A stretch of DNA of 64,000 nucleotides, from assembly GCA_913776825.1 (NCBI GenBank), contig CAJYPV010000009.1, forward strand, positions 5,357 to 69,356, in the 5' to 3' direction. This document shows positions 33,102 through 43,700 of this stretch, one piece after another. The translations under genes were made by a program, and so were the position numbers. The notes beneath the pieces were generated by a model. That model saw nothing but the letters and a program-made list of their open reading frames with translations, was not told where the DNA came from and searched no databases. The first letter of the stretch is position 1; each line of letters starts with the position of its first letter. Source of the stretch: Burkholderiaceae bacterium. GTDB taxonomy: Bacteria; Pseudomonadota; Gammaproteobacteria; Burkholderiales; Burkholderiaceae_C.

Positions 33102-33962
33102 TCAGTCGCTGGTGCCGAGATAGGCACGGATCACGTCCTCGCTGGACCGCACCTGGTCGGGCGTGCCGTCGCCGATCTTGCGGCCGTAGTCCAGGACCAC
33201 GACGCGATCGCTGATGTCCATCACCACGCCCATGTCGTGCTCGATCAGCACGATGGTGGTGCCGAACTCTTCATTCACATCGAGGATGAAGCGGCACATG
33301 TCCTGCTTCTCCTCGACATTCATGCCGGCCATCGGCTCGTCCAGCAGCAGCAGCCGCGGCTCCATGGCCAGCGCACGGCCCAGGTCGACGCGCTTCTGCA
33401 GGCCATACGGCAAGCCACCGACCGGCGTGTGGCGATAGGGCTGGATCTCGAGGAAATCGATCAGCCGTTCGACCTGCTCGCGATGCGCGATCTCCTCGCG
33501 CAGCGCCGGTCCGAGCCGCAGCGCCTGCCACAGCAGATGGCGCTTCATGTGCAGGCCGCGGCCGGCCATGATGTTGTCCAGCACGCTCATGCCCTTGAAC
33601 AGGGCCAGGTTCTGAAAGGTGCGCGCGACGCCGCGCTCGGCCATGCGGCGCTGGCGATGGCGAGGGCTGAAGCGCCCCATGTCCTCGCCGCCCAGGCGGA
33701 TCGCGCCCTGCTGCGGCTGGTAGACGCCATTGATGCAGTTCAGCATCGAGCTCTTGCCCGCGCCGTTCGGGCCGATGATGGCGCGGATCTCATGCTCGCG
33801 GACGTCGAAGCTGATGTCGTTGAGCGCCTTCACCCCGCCGAAGGCCAGCGAGATGCCGCACACCTCCAGCATCACCTCGCCGATGGCGGCACGGCGGTCG
33901 TCGCACGATTGCGCCGCGCCGCCGATGGACGCGGGATCCAGCCGATCGGTCATCGCATTCAT
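33102..33962 (-). CDS. ABC transporter ATP-binding protein (LivG-like)
   Basis: Has GPNGAGKSS, LPYGLQKRVDLGRAL and LLLDEPMAGM. Its start shares 1 nt with the stop of the ligase upstream. Confidence 0.9.
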   Translation of the reverse strand: MNAMTDRLDPASIGGAAQSCDDRRAAIGEVMLEVCGISLAFGGVKALNDISFDVREHEIRAIIGPNGAGKSSMLNCINGVYQPQQGAIRLGGEDMGRFSPRHRQRRMAERGVARTFQNLALFKGMSVLDNIMAGRGLHMKRHLLWQALRLGPALREEIAHREQVERLIDFLEIQPYRHTPVGGLPYGLQKRVDLGRALAMEPRLLLLDEPMAGMNVEEKQDMCRFILDVNEEFGTTIVLIEHDMGVVMDISDRVVVLDYGRKIGDGTPDQVRSSEDVIRAYLGTSD

Positions 33963-35965
33963 CAGGCGGCCCTCCGGCGCGCGGCGTTGGCCTTGGCGTG
34001 GACGTCTTCCGACGCGCCGGCCGGGAAGGTGCGGGCGTCCTCGATGCGCAGATCCGCCGAGACGCGCCCGGTGCGGCCATCCTCGAAACGCACCAGGGTC
34101 TCGATGAACTGCGAGCGGCGTCCGCTGTAGAGCGCCTCGATCAGCACCTGGTATTTCTCCGCGATCGCGCCGCGACGGACCTTGCGGGTGCGGGTCAGCT
34201 CGCCATCATCGGCATCCAGTTCCTTGTGCAGGACGAGGAAGCGCGTGACCTGGCTGCCGGCCAGCCGCTCATCGCGCGCCAGGTCGGCATTGACCTGCTC
34301 GATGCCCTCACGAATGAGCGCGAGCACCTCCGGCTTCGAGGCCAGGTCGGCATAGCCCGCATAAGGCAGATGGTGACGCTCGGCCCAGTGGCCGACGGCG
34401 GCCATGTCGATGTTGATGAAGGCGCAGACCTGCTCGCGCCCGTCGCCGAAGGCCACCGCCTCCTTGATGTAGGGGAAGAACTTCAGCTTGTTCTCCACAT
34501 ACTTGGGCGCGAACATCGCGCCGTCCCACGGACCGCCCGACAGCCGGCCCACATCCTTGGCCCGGTCGATGATCTTCAGATGGCCGCCCGCATCGAGGAA
34601 GCCGGCATCACCGGTGCGATACCAGCCATCGGCGCTCAGCACCTCCGCGGTGGCGGGCGGGTTCTTGTAGTAGCCCTGCAGCAGACCGGGCGACCGGACG
34701 AGGATCTCGCCCGACTCGGAGAGCCGGATCTCCACGCCCTCGATCGGCACGCCGACGGTATCGGCCCGGGCTTCATGGTCGGGCTGCAGACAGACGAAGA
34801 CCGCGGTCTCGGTCGAGCCATACAGCTGCTTCAGATTGACGCCGATGGCCCGGTAGAAGCGGAACAGATCCGGCCCGATCGCCTCGCCCGCCGTGTAGGC
34901 CACCCGCACCCGCGAGAAGCCCAGCGTGTTGCGCAGCGGGCCGTAGATCAGCAGGTCGCCGAGCTGATAACGGCAGCGGTCCCAGAGGCTCACCGGCTGG
35001 CCATCCATCAACGCGGGGCCGACGCGGCGCGCCAGGTCCATGCACCGATGAAACAGCCCGCGCTTGAGCGCGCCGGCATCCTCCATGCGGATCATCACGC
35101 TGGTGAGCAGGCCCTCGAACACCCGCGGCGGCGCGAAGTAGTAGGTGGGGCCGATCTCCTTGAGGTCGATGCTGACCGTCTCCGGCGACTCCGGACAGTT
35201 CACGACATAGCCGCAGGTCAGCCACTGCGCATAGCTGAAGATGTTCTGGCCGATCCAGGCGCACGGCAGATAGGCCAGCACCTCTTCCTCGCTGCCCAGC
35301 CGATCGAAACGGGCGCCGGCCTGGGCCCGATCGATCAGCGAGGCATGGGTGTGCACCACGCCCTTGGGATGGCCGGTGGTGCCGGAGGTGAAGAACATCG
35401 CGGCGACATCGCCGCTGCGGCCGGCCTCGACCTCCGCATCGAGAAAACCGGGATGCCGCAGCGCATGCGCGCGGCCTTCGGCGCGCAGCGCGTCCAGCGA
35501 GGCCAGCCCCGGCGCGTCATAGCGGCGCAGCCCGCGTGGATCGTCGAACCACAGGTGCTGCAGCAAGGGGCAGTGCGGGCGGACTTCCAGCAGCTTGTCG
35601 ATCTGCTCCTGGTCCTCGGCGACGGCGAAGGCGATCTCGGCGTTCTGCAGCGGATAGACGAATTCCTGCGCGACCGCGTCCTGATACAGCGGCACCGGCA
35701 CCGCGCCCAGCGATTGCGCCGCCAGCATGCAGGCATACAGACGCGGCCGGTTTTCACCGATCACGGCCAGATGCTGGCCCCGGCCCAGGCCCGCCGCGGC
35801 GAGGCCATGGGCGAGCTCGCGCACCATCGCGGCCAGCGCGGCCCAGTCGAGCGTCTGCCAGATGCCGAGCTGCTTCTCACGCAGCGCCGGCGCGTGAGGA
35901 CGCTGCCCGGCATGGGCCAGCAACCATCGGGGGAAGGTCTGTTCCACCGTTGTCTCCTTGTGCAT
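33962..35965 (-). CDS. AMP-dependent long-chain acyl-CoA synthetase
   Basis: AMP-binding motifs FFTSGTTGHPKGV, YGSTE and RTGDAG are present. Start is ATG 35965, or GTG 35947 which has AAGGAG 6 nt upstream. Confidence 0.88.
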   Translation of the reverse strand: MHKETTVEQTFPRWLLAHAGQRPHAPALREKQLGIWQTLDWAALAAMVRELAHGLAAAGLGRGQHLAVIGENRPRLYACMLAAQSLGAVPVPLYQDAVAQEFVYPLQNAEIAFAVAEDQEQIDKLLEVRPHCPLLQHLWFDDPRGLRRYDAPGLASLDALRAEGRAHALRHPGFLDAEVEAGRSGDVAAMFFTSGTTGHPKGVVHTHASLIDRAQAGARFDRLGSEEEVLAYLPCAWIGQNIFSYAQWLTCGYVVNCPESPETVSIDLKEIGPTYYFAPPRVFEGLLTSVMIRMEDAGALKRGLFHRCMDLARRVGPALMDGQPVSLWDRCRYQLGDLLIYGPLRNTLGFSRVRVAYTAGEAIGPDLFRFYRAIGVNLKQLYGSTETAVFVCLQPDHEARADTVGVPIEGVEIRLSESGEILVRSPGLLQGYYKNPPATAEVLSADGWYRTGDAGFLDAGGHLKIIDRAKDVGRLSGGPWDGAMFAPKYVENKLKFFPYIKEAVAFGDGREQVCAFINIDMAAVGHWAERHHLPYAGYADLASKPEVLALIREGIEQVNADLARDERLAGSQVTRFLVLHKELDADDGELTRTRKVRRGAIAEKYQVLIEALYSGRRSQFIETLVRFEDGRTGRVSADLRIEDARTFPAGASEDVHAKANAARRRAA

Positions 35966-36101
35966 CTCACGTCGCCCGAAGGACGCCGCGGTGCGGTTTG
36001 TGCGCGATCGTAGGCCGGTGCTTTGACGCCGTGTTGTCATTGCGACGACATTCCTAGGGAGACTTCGGGGGCAGGTTTTCCCGTAGCGCCGGTCCGTCGC
36101 G

Positions 36102-36126
36102 CCGCCGATCGACCGCTGATCGGCGG
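36102..36126. promoter_or_regulatory. 9-bp inverted repeat in the ligase/Crp divergent control region
   Basis: CCGCCGATC-gaccgct-GATCGGCGG, immediately followed by a direct repeat of CCGATCGACCGC. No function is known. Confidence 0.3.
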
Positions 36127-36277
36127 CCGATCGACCGCCTCAGTGTGGCGGCCCTGCCCGCGCCACGGCCGCGACTTGCGTACGGTGTCACACAGACAGG
36201 GCGGATCGACGCTGATCCCGGGGGGAAGCGGGCCGCCACGTCAGCCTCATGTCATGCAGCGGCGCGATGAATCGGGG

Positions 36278-37294
36278 ATGGACAAGCCCGCCCTCCCCGC
36301 CAGCCAGCCCGCGCCGCCGGTGCTGCCGCCCGCCCTCACCGGGGTGCCGATCGAGGCCGCCGCGCCGGCAGTCGGCTTGCGGGCGGTGCCGCCTCCGGTC
36401 GAACCGAGCGGCCCGACGATGGCGACGGCGAGCCCTCCATCGTCGGCAGCAGGCGCGGACGCTTCATCGCCGGTCCTGCAGCGCGCGCCTGCGCTCGACT
36501 CACGGGCCGATGCGCAGGCGGAGTCAGAGGTCGAGCCGATGACCTCCTCCGCTGCGCGGCCGGGGCTGGGGCCGTCCTCGCCGCTGCGTCAACGGGCGCG
36601 CGGTGCCTCGGCGCAGGAGCTGGCCGCCATTCCCTGGCTGCGCACGCTGGAATCGCCCTTGCGCGAGCGCATCGAAGCCAGCCTGCAGGTGGTGGAGGTG
36701 GAAGCCGGCGAGCGGATCTGCCGCATCGGGCGCGAGGCCAATTACTGGTTCGGCGTGATCGACGGGCTGCTCAAGATGAGCAATGACGATGCGGCCGCGC
36801 GGCCGGTGACCTTCACCGGCGTGCCGCCCGGCGGATGGTTCGGCGAAGGGACGCTGCTCAAGCGCGAGGTCTATCGCTACAACATCCAGGCCCTGCGGCG
36901 CAGCGTGGTCGCGGGGCTGCCGCTGGCGGGATTTCATGAGCTGCTGGAAACCAGCATCGCCTTCAACCGCTATGTGCTGAACCAGCTCAACGAGCGGCTC
37001 GGCCAGTTCATCGCAGCCCGGGAGATCGATCGTCAGAGCGATCCCGACCTGCGGGTGGCCCGCAATCTGGCGGCGCTGTTTCATCCGCAGCTCTATCCCG
37101 GCGTCGGCGGGCTGCTGCGCATCACCCAGCAGGAACTCGGCCATCTGGTGGGCCTGTCCCGTCAGCGGGTGAACGAGGCGCTGCGGCATCTGCAGGAACG
37201 CCGGCTGATCGTGGTCGAGTACGGCGGCGTGCGGGTGCTGGATCTGGAGGGGCTGCGGACCTATCCGCATCGGGCCGCAGCGTTGCTGCCGTGA
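36278..37294 (+). CDS. Crp/Fnr-family transcriptional regulator with Pro/Ala-rich N-terminal extension
   Basis: Has a cNMP-binding-like domain (WFGVIDGLLKM...GGWFGEGTLL) and a C-terminal HTH (ITQQELGHLVGLSRQRVNEALRHLQERRLI). The start is uncertain among ATG 36254, 36278 and 36539; high GC3 upstream favours the long forms. Confidence 0.78.
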   Translation: MDKPALPASQPAPPVLPPALTGVPIEAAAPAVGLRAVPPPVEPSGPTMATASPPSSAAGADASSPVLQRAPALDSRADAQAESEVEPMTSSAARPGLGPSSPLRQRARGASAQELAAIPWLRTLESPLRERIEASLQVVEVEAGERICRIGREANYWFGVIDGLLKMSNDDAAARPVTFTGVPPGGWFGEGTLLKREVYRYNIQALRRSVVAGLPLAGFHELLETSIAFNRYVLNQLNERLGQFIAAREIDRQSDPDLRVARNLAALFHPQLYPGVGGLLRITQQELGHLVGLSRQRVNEALRHLQERRLIVVEYGGVRVLDLEGLRTYPHRAAALLP

Positions 37295-37436
37295 GGCGAT
37301 GAGGGATGGCGCTGCCGCATGACGCCGCGGCCGCGTGACGCAGCGGTCGGGTTGAGGGCCGCTGAGCGGATGACGCTGCCGTCACGCCGGCATCGGCCGG
37401 GCATCGTGAGACGCTTGAGAACCGCAGCCCGGCCGC

Positions 37437-38027
37437 TCAGGCGCCGAAGGGCGTGGGCTCGGGCAACTGCGGCGGGCGCTCGCTGAACTGGGCGACGTTG
37501 ATCTCGTAGAGCAGGCTGGCGGCCTCGCCGGGATGGTCGGCCACCGAGCCCTTGAGCCGCAGGCCCAGCCGTTCCACCGTCTTGCGCGCGGCGGTATTGC
37601 CCGGCGGCAGCAGCGACTGCACGGCGCCGGCCTTCAGCGTGTGGAAGGCCAGACGCAACGCGCTGAGCGACATCTCCGCCGCATAACCGCAGCCCCAGAA
37701 ATCCGAGCGGAAATGGAATTCCAGCAGCAGCGAAGGCACGCCCGCCACCAAGGCCCGGCTCAGGCCACCGAAGCCGATGGCGCCCTCGTTGGGCCGGTCC
37801 CGCAGCTGCACCGCCCAGGGGCCGATGCCATCGCGGGCCCACAGCGCCTGCCAATCCCGCAGGCGCTCGCTGGCGCACGCGCCATCCGCACCGAAACGGC
37901 GATTGGCGGGATCACTCAGCGCCTGATGCAGGAGCGAGAGATCGTCGGCTTGCGGTGCCCGGAGCGACAAGCGCGCCGTCTGCACCACCGCGTCACCAGC
38001 AGAAGGAGAGGGAGACCACATCAACAT
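37437..38027 (-). CDS. GNAT-family N-acetyltransferase (RimJ/RimL-like)
   Basis: Start MLMWSPSPSAGD (ATG 38027). Contains ARLSLRAP...IGFGGL...FHFRSDFWGCGYAAEM. Confidence 0.78.
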   Translation of the reverse strand: MLMWSPSPSAGDAVVQTARLSLRAPQADDLSLLHQALSDPANRRFGADGACASERLRDWQALWARDGIGPWAVQLRDRPNEGAIGFGGLSRALVAGVPSLLLEFHFRSDFWGCGYAAEMSLSALRLAFHTLKAGAVQSLLPPGNTAARKTVERLGLRLKGSVADHPGEAASLLYEINVAQFSERPPQLPEPTPFGA

Positions 38028-38187
38028 AGGGTTTACCCGGCGATTATGCGCCTCGCGCGCATCCCGAAGTGGGGAGTTCTGTCTATCCCCACGCCTTGCT
38101 GGGGCGTGATGCGGACATGTATCACGCAGGGGGCGACATCCCCTGATTGATGTTGTCAGCTGCCTTCCATCCGGAAATCGCTCGCCT

Positions 38188-38208
38188 ATACTGTGCTTCC
38201 ATACAGTA
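38188..38208. promoter_or_regulatory. LexA operator (SOS box) upstream of imuA
   Basis: TACTGT-GCTTCCAT-ACAGTA is a perfect CTGT-N8-ACAG palindrome with TA flanks, 14 nt upstream of the imuA ATG. It overlaps a TATACT -10-like hexamer (38187-38192). Confidence 0.8.
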
Positions 38209-38221
38209 TTTGTTTTGCGCC

Positions 38222-39211
38222 ATGACATCCCTGTCCGCCAGGGAGGACGCCCTGTCCCCGCCTGCGGGATCGCCTCCTCTCCCCCACCCGGTCGATGCCC
38301 TCGCGTCGCCGATGCAGAACGCGGCGCGCCCCGGGGTGACGCCGTTGCCGTCGACGATTGCCGAGGTGCTCTGGCGCGGCGACGCGCTGGGCCGCACCAC
38401 CGCCACCACCTGGCCGAGCGGCTTTGACGCCCTGGATGCCGAACTGCCCGGCGGCGGCTGGCCGGCGCAGCAGATCACCGAGGTGCTGCAGACCCAGTTC
38501 TCGCTGGCCGAATGGCGGCTGGTCGGCCCGGCGCTGCGGCGGGTGGTCCAGGGCGGGACGGCGGTGGTGATGGTCGGGCCGCCCAAGCGCCCGCATCTGC
38601 CCGGCTTGCGGCATCTGGGGCTGGAGGAACGCCATCTGGTGTGGATCCAGGCCCATGCGCCGTCGGAACGGCTGTGGTGCACCGAGCAGTTGATCAAATC
38701 CAATGCCGCCGGTGCGGTGATGGCCTGGATGCCGCAGGCCGCGCCGGAGCAGTTGCGCCGTCTGCAGGTGCTGGCCCAATCCTTTGAAGGTCCGATCTTC
38801 CTGTTCCGTCCGCTGGAGGCGCGTCACGATCCGTCGCCCGCGCCGCTGCGTCTGCAGGTGTCGGTGGAGATGGACTGGGCGTTGCAGGTCCAGATCCTCA
38901 AGCGCAAGGGCCCCGCGCTGGAATCGCCGCTGCGGCTGCCCTCCATTCCCGGCGGGCTGGACGCGGTGCTCACCCCCCGGGTGATGCAGCCCAGCCAGTG
39001 GCGTCGCCGGGCGGCGCCGATCGCCGCACCGGTGCAGGCCTTGGCGTCCGTCACCTCGGATGGCGTCAGCGCGCGCGGCGCATCGTCCCCGGCCGCCACG
39101 GTGGCGACGCTGCGGTCTTCCCGTCCGGATCCGGATGCCTTGTTCCTGGAGCGCCACGATGTGGTGGGTCGCCCTGATCCTGTCGCCTCGAGCACCGACG
39201 CCGTCCGATGA
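38222..39211 (+). CDS. imuA: Translesion-synthesis cassette protein ImuA (RecA/SulA-like)
   Basis: Contains EVLWRGDALG...PSGFDALDAELPGGGWPAQQITEVLQ...EWRLVGPAL. It has the first-gene position of an imuA-imuB-dnaE2 operon behind a LexA box. Confidence 0.82.
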   Translation: MTSLSAREDALSPPAGSPPLPHPVDALASPMQNAARPGVTPLPSTIAEVLWRGDALGRTTATTWPSGFDALDAELPGGGWPAQQITEVLQTQFSLAEWRLVGPALRRVVQGGTAVVMVGPPKRPHLPGLRHLGLEERHLVWIQAHAPSERLWCTEQLIKSNAAGAVMAWMPQAAPEQLRRLQVLAQSFEGPIFLFRPLEARHDPSPAPLRLQVSVEMDWALQVQILKRKGPALESPLRLPSIPGGLDAVLTPRVMQPSQWRRRAAPIAAPVQALASVTSDGVSARGASSPAATVATLRSSRPDPDALFLERHDVVGRPDPVASSTDAVR

Positions 39212-40700
39212 TCCGAAGGCGCCGCCCGGCATCTGTCCGGAGGCGCAGGCGGGCCTGGCGGTGTGGTGTCTGCAATTCACGCCCCGGGTGGCGCGGATGG
39301 AGGACGCGGTGGTCATGGAAGTCGAGTCCAGCCTGCGGCTGTTTCGCGGCCGCAGCGCCCTGCAGCAGCGCATCCGCGAGGAAGCGCCGGATCTGGGCGT
39401 GATCGGCATCGGCTGGGCCCCGACCGCCACGGCGGCGCTGGTGCTGGCGCGTTGCGGCGTGCCGGACCTGGGCGGACGCTTGCTGCAGGTCGTGCTGGAC
39501 CCGCTGCCGCTGATGGCGCTCAGCGCCGCGGCCGCCCATGCGGAGCCGCTCACCCGCGCCGGCATCAACACGCTGGGACAGTTGCGCGCCTTGCCCCGCG
39601 GCGGCATCAGCCGCCGCTTCGGCGCGGCGCTCCTGACCATGCTGGACCAGGCCTATGCGCTGCGGCCCGAAGCCCATCGCTGGGAGACCTTGCCGGAAGA
39701 CTTCCATGCGCGCGTCGAGCTGCCCAGTCGCCAGGACCATGCGCCCGCCTTGCTGATGGCCGCCCGGCCGCTGCTGATGCAGCTGTGCGGCTGGCTGGCG
39801 GCGCGGCATGCCGGCGCCACCGGTGTGACGCTGCATTGGGTGCATGACTCGATGCGCGCCAAGGACGCCGGCGACGGCGGCAGCCTGACGCTGCGCACCG
39901 CCGAGCCCATCCGCGAGCTGGAGCATTTCTGCCGCCTGATGGCCGAGCATCTGGCCAAGACGCGGCTGCTGGCGCCGGTCGGTGAATTGCGGCTGCAGGC
40001 GCTGGGCGTGCAGGCCCTGACCGAACAGAGCGCCTCGCTGCTGCCGGACACGGTCCGCACCGGAGAAACGCTGTATCTGACGCTCGAGCGCCTCGCCGCG
40101 CGGCTGGGACCGGAGCGGGTGCTGCAACCCGCGCCCGGCCACGACCACCGTCCCGAATGGATGACCCGCTGGCAAGCCGCCGATCCCGGTCGGCGTGGCG
40201 GACGAAGCCGCGCCGCCGTCGACACGCCGCGCGCGCCCGAACCCGTCTTCCTGCTCGAGCCGCCGCTGCGGCTGGCACTGCGTGACGATGGTCCGCATTA
40301 CCAGGGCCCGCTGACGCTGCTGATCGGTCCGGATCGGGTCGAAGGCGGCTGGTGGGATCGGCTGCCCATGACGGCGCCGACCGAAGCGCCCGCGGCATTG
40401 GACTCCGACGCCACCGATCAGTCCGCCGCGCCGGCGGACGCCCACACCAGCCCGTCGAAGCGACGGCCCCGGGCGACCGGTTCGCGCGCGTCATCGTCGT
40501 GGGCTGCCCCCCCACCCTTCACCCAACTCACGCCGGGTGACGATGTGCGCGCGCAGTCCGCCGGCCATCGCCAGGTGGTGCGCGATTACTGGATCGCGGT
40601 GAACGACAACGCCGGGGTGCTGGCGATCTTCCAGTTGCCGCCCGGCAAGGACGACGACCCGGACAGCGGCGCCTGGTTCCTGCACGGCGTCTACGCCTGA
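39159..40700 (+). CDS. imuB: Y-family polymerase-like protein ImuB
   Basis: Start MWWVALILSP (ATG 39159). Has the ImuB-like N-terminal domain (AVWCLQFTPRVA...VMEVESSLRLFRG). Overlaps the imuA 3' end by 53 nt. Confidence 0.85.
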   Translation: MWWVALILSPRAPTPSDDPKAPPGICPEAQAGLAVWCLQFTPRVARMEDAVVMEVESSLRLFRGRSALQQRIREEAPDLGVIGIGWAPTATAALVLARCGVPDLGGRLLQVVLDPLPLMALSAAAAHAEPLTRAGINTLGQLRALPRGGISRRFGAALLTMLDQAYALRPEAHRWETLPEDFHARVELPSRQDHAPALLMAARPLLMQLCGWLAARHAGATGVTLHWVHDSMRAKDAGDGGSLTLRTAEPIRELEHFCRLMAEHLAKTRLLAPVGELRLQALGVQALTEQSASLLPDTVRTGETLYLTLERLAARLGPERVLQPAPGHDHRPEWMTRWQAADPGRRGGRSRAAVDTPRAPEPVFLLEPPLRLALRDDGPHYQGPLTLLIGPDRVEGGWWDRLPMTAPTEAPAALDSDATDQSAAPADAHTSPSKRRPRATGSRASSSWAAPPPFTQLTPGDDVRAQSAGHRQVVRDYWIAVNDNAGVLAIFQLPPGKDDDPDSGAWFLHGVYA

Positions 40701-40714
40701 AGCGGATCCGCACC

Positions 40715-43700
40715 ATGGCGATCTATCCCCCGACGCCTGCGGGTCCGCCCGCCGTCCCCGATCCTTCCCGTGCCGCAAGACCTGGCCCCATGTCGGACGC
40801 CGGCGCGGGCCTGGACGCCCCGGCCGCTCAGGACGCCGCCCTGCCGGCCTATGCCGAGCTGCGCTGCATCAGCAACTTCAGTTTCCTGCAGGGCGCGAGC
40901 TGGCCGGAAGAGCTGGTGGAGCGTGCCCTGGCGCTGGGCTATGAGGCCCTGGCGCTGACCGATGAATGCACCATGGCCGGCATGGTCCGGGCCCATGTGG
41001 CGGCCAAGGCCAAGGGGCTGAAGCTGCTGGTGGGCAGCCAGTTCCAGATCCAGGGCGAATGGCCCTTCACCCTGGTGGTGCTGGTCTGCAATCTGAATGG
41101 CTACGGCAATCTCTGCCAGCTGATTTCCCGGCTGCGCCGTTCCAGCGAGAAAGGCACCTACCACTGCACCCTGGACGACATCGGCCCGCAGGCGCTGGAT
41201 GACTGCGTCGTCATCGCCTGTCCGGATCGCCATGCCGGCCCGGCGCAGTTGCTGGCGCTGTCGCGCTGGCTGCTGTCGCGCTTCATCGGCCGCTGCTGGC
41301 TGGGCGTGGACCTGCCGCGCCGGCTGGATGACGAGGTCCGGCTGCTGCGGCTGCGTGAGGTCCATGCGCTGACCGAGATCCCGCTGGTGGCGGTGGGCGA
41401 TGTGCTGATGCATGTGCGCAGCCGCAAGCCCTTGCAGGATGTGCTGACCGCCACCCGGCTGGGCCAGCCGCTGACCGACTGCGGTCAGGCGCTGGAGCGC
41501 AATGCGGAGCGCCATCTGCGCCATCGGCAGCGGCTGGCGGCCTGCTTTCCGCCGGATCTGCTGGCCGAGACCCTGCGGGTGGCGGCGGCCTGCGAATTCA
41601 GCCTGGACGAGCTGCGCTATCGCTATCCATCCGAAGTGGTGCCGGACGGCCAGACGCCCAGCAGCCATCTGCGTCGGCTCACCTATGAAGGCGCGGGCCG
41701 GCGCTGGCCGGATGGCATCCCCGCGAGCGTGAGCGAGCAGATCGAACGCGAGCTCAGCCTGATCGAGGACCTGCGCTATGAGCATTACTTCCTCACCGTG
41801 GCCGACATCGTCCAGTTCGCCCGCTCGCAGGGCATCCTCTGCCAGGGCCGCGGCAGCGCGGCCAACTCGGTGGTCTGCTATTGCAATGGCGTGACCGAGG
41901 TCGATCCCTCGCGCCTGCAGGTGCTGTTCGAGCGCTTCATCAGCAAGGAGCGCAACGAGCCGCCGGACATCGACATCGACTTCGAACACGAGCGCCGCGA
42001 AGAAGTCATCCAGTACCTCTACCGCAAATACACCCGCGAGCGGGCGGCGCTGGCCGCAGTGGTGATTTCCTATCGGGTCAAGAGCGCGCTGCGCGATGTG
42101 GGCAAGGCGCTGGGGTTCGACCTCGAATCCCTGGAGACGCTGTGCAGCAATCACCAATGGTGGGATGGCGATGAGATCGATGCCGAACGGCTGCGCGAGG
42201 TCGGCCTGGATCTGAACGATCTCGCGGTGCGCCAGTTGCTGAGCCTGACGCGCGAGCTGCTGGGCTTTCCACGCCATCTGTCGCAGCATCCGGGCGGCTT
42301 CGTGCTGACGCAAGGGCCGCTGACCCGCATGGTGCCGGTGGAAAACGCCTCCATGCCGGACCGCACCGTGATCGAGTGGGACAAGGACGACCTGGATGCG
42401 GTGGGCCTGCTGAAGGTGGATGTGCTGGGCCTGGGCATGCTGACCGCGATCCGCAAGACGCTGGACCTGATCAGCCAGCGTCAGCGCTATCCCTTCGAGG
42501 TGCAGGACATCCCGAAGGAAGACGCGGAGACCTACCGGATGATCCAGCGCGCCGACACCATCGGCGTGTTCCAGATCGAAAGCCGTGCCCAGCGCAGCAT
42601 GCTGCCGCGCCTGAAGCCCAGGCAGTTCTACGACCTGGTGATCGAGGTCGCCATCGTGCGGCCCGGTCCGATCCAGGGCGGCATGGTGCATCCCTATCTG
42701 CAGCGGCGTCAGCAGCTCGAACCGGTGGTCTATCCCAGCGAGGCCCTGAAGGGCGTGCTGGAGCGCACGCTGGGGGTGCCGGTCTTCCAGGAACAGGTGA
42801 TGCAGATCGCAATGGTGGCCGCCGGCTTCAGCGGAGGCGAGGCCGACGACCTGCGCCGCTCGATGGCGGCCTGGAAGCGCAAGGGCGGCTTGCAGAAGTA
42901 CTACGACAAGATCGTCGACGGCATGACCTCGCGCGGCTATGACAAGGCCTTCGCGCTGCAGATCTTCGAACAGATCAAGGGCTTCTCGGAATATGGATTT
43001 CCGGAGTCGCATGCTGCCTCCTTCGCGCTGCTGGTCTACAGCAGTTGCTGGCTGAAGTGCCATCGCCCGGCGGAGTTCCTGGCCGGCATGCTGAACTCGC
43101 AGCCGCTGGGGTTTTATTCGCCCAGCCAGTTGATGCAGGATGCCCGCCGCCACGGCGTCATCGTGCGGCCGCCCGATGTGATGCACAGCGATTGGGACTG
43201 CACGCTGGAGCGCGAGGATGGCCGCATCATCCGCGGCACGCCACGCGGCCCGGCGGCGTTGACGAGCGAGGGCGCCAGCGACGCCACCAGCAATCACGCC
43301 ACCGATCGCGCGACGGATCGCGACGACCCGATCCAGCCCACCGATGCGCAGCAGGATCCCGACGGTGCGCGGCCGGTGGCGGTGCGGCTGGGGCTGCGGC
43401 TGGTCAAGGGATTGCAGCGGCAGTCGGCCGAGCGGATCTGCGCGGAACGCCAGCGCGGCCCCTTCAATGATGCAGAAGACCTGGCGCGCCGCACCGGCCT
43501 GAACCAGCAGCAGATGACGATGCTGGCTTCGGGCGATGCGCTGGCGAGCATCAGCGGTCATCGGCGCCAGCAGATGTGGGATGCGGCGGCCCAGCATGCG
43601 CCGCCGCCCTTGCTGCGTCAGGCGCCGGTGCAGGAGGATTTCCTGGAGCTGCCGCAGGCGCCGGAGGGCGAGGAGATCGTGTTCGATTACGCCTCGCTCG

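Noticed and set aside
32160-36013. Two long plus-strand ORFs (656 and 671 aa) opposite the ABC permease/ATPase and acyl-CoA synthetase genes
   Set aside because: Shadow ORFs. The minus strand carries Walker/ABC-signature and AMP-binding motifs with proper SDs and coupled junctions.
37437-38027. GNAT protein as a TacT-like toxin of a toxin-antitoxin pair
   Set aside because: No small RHH/antitoxin ORF is adjacent on either side. The sequence pattern looks RimJ/RimL-like rather than toxin-like.
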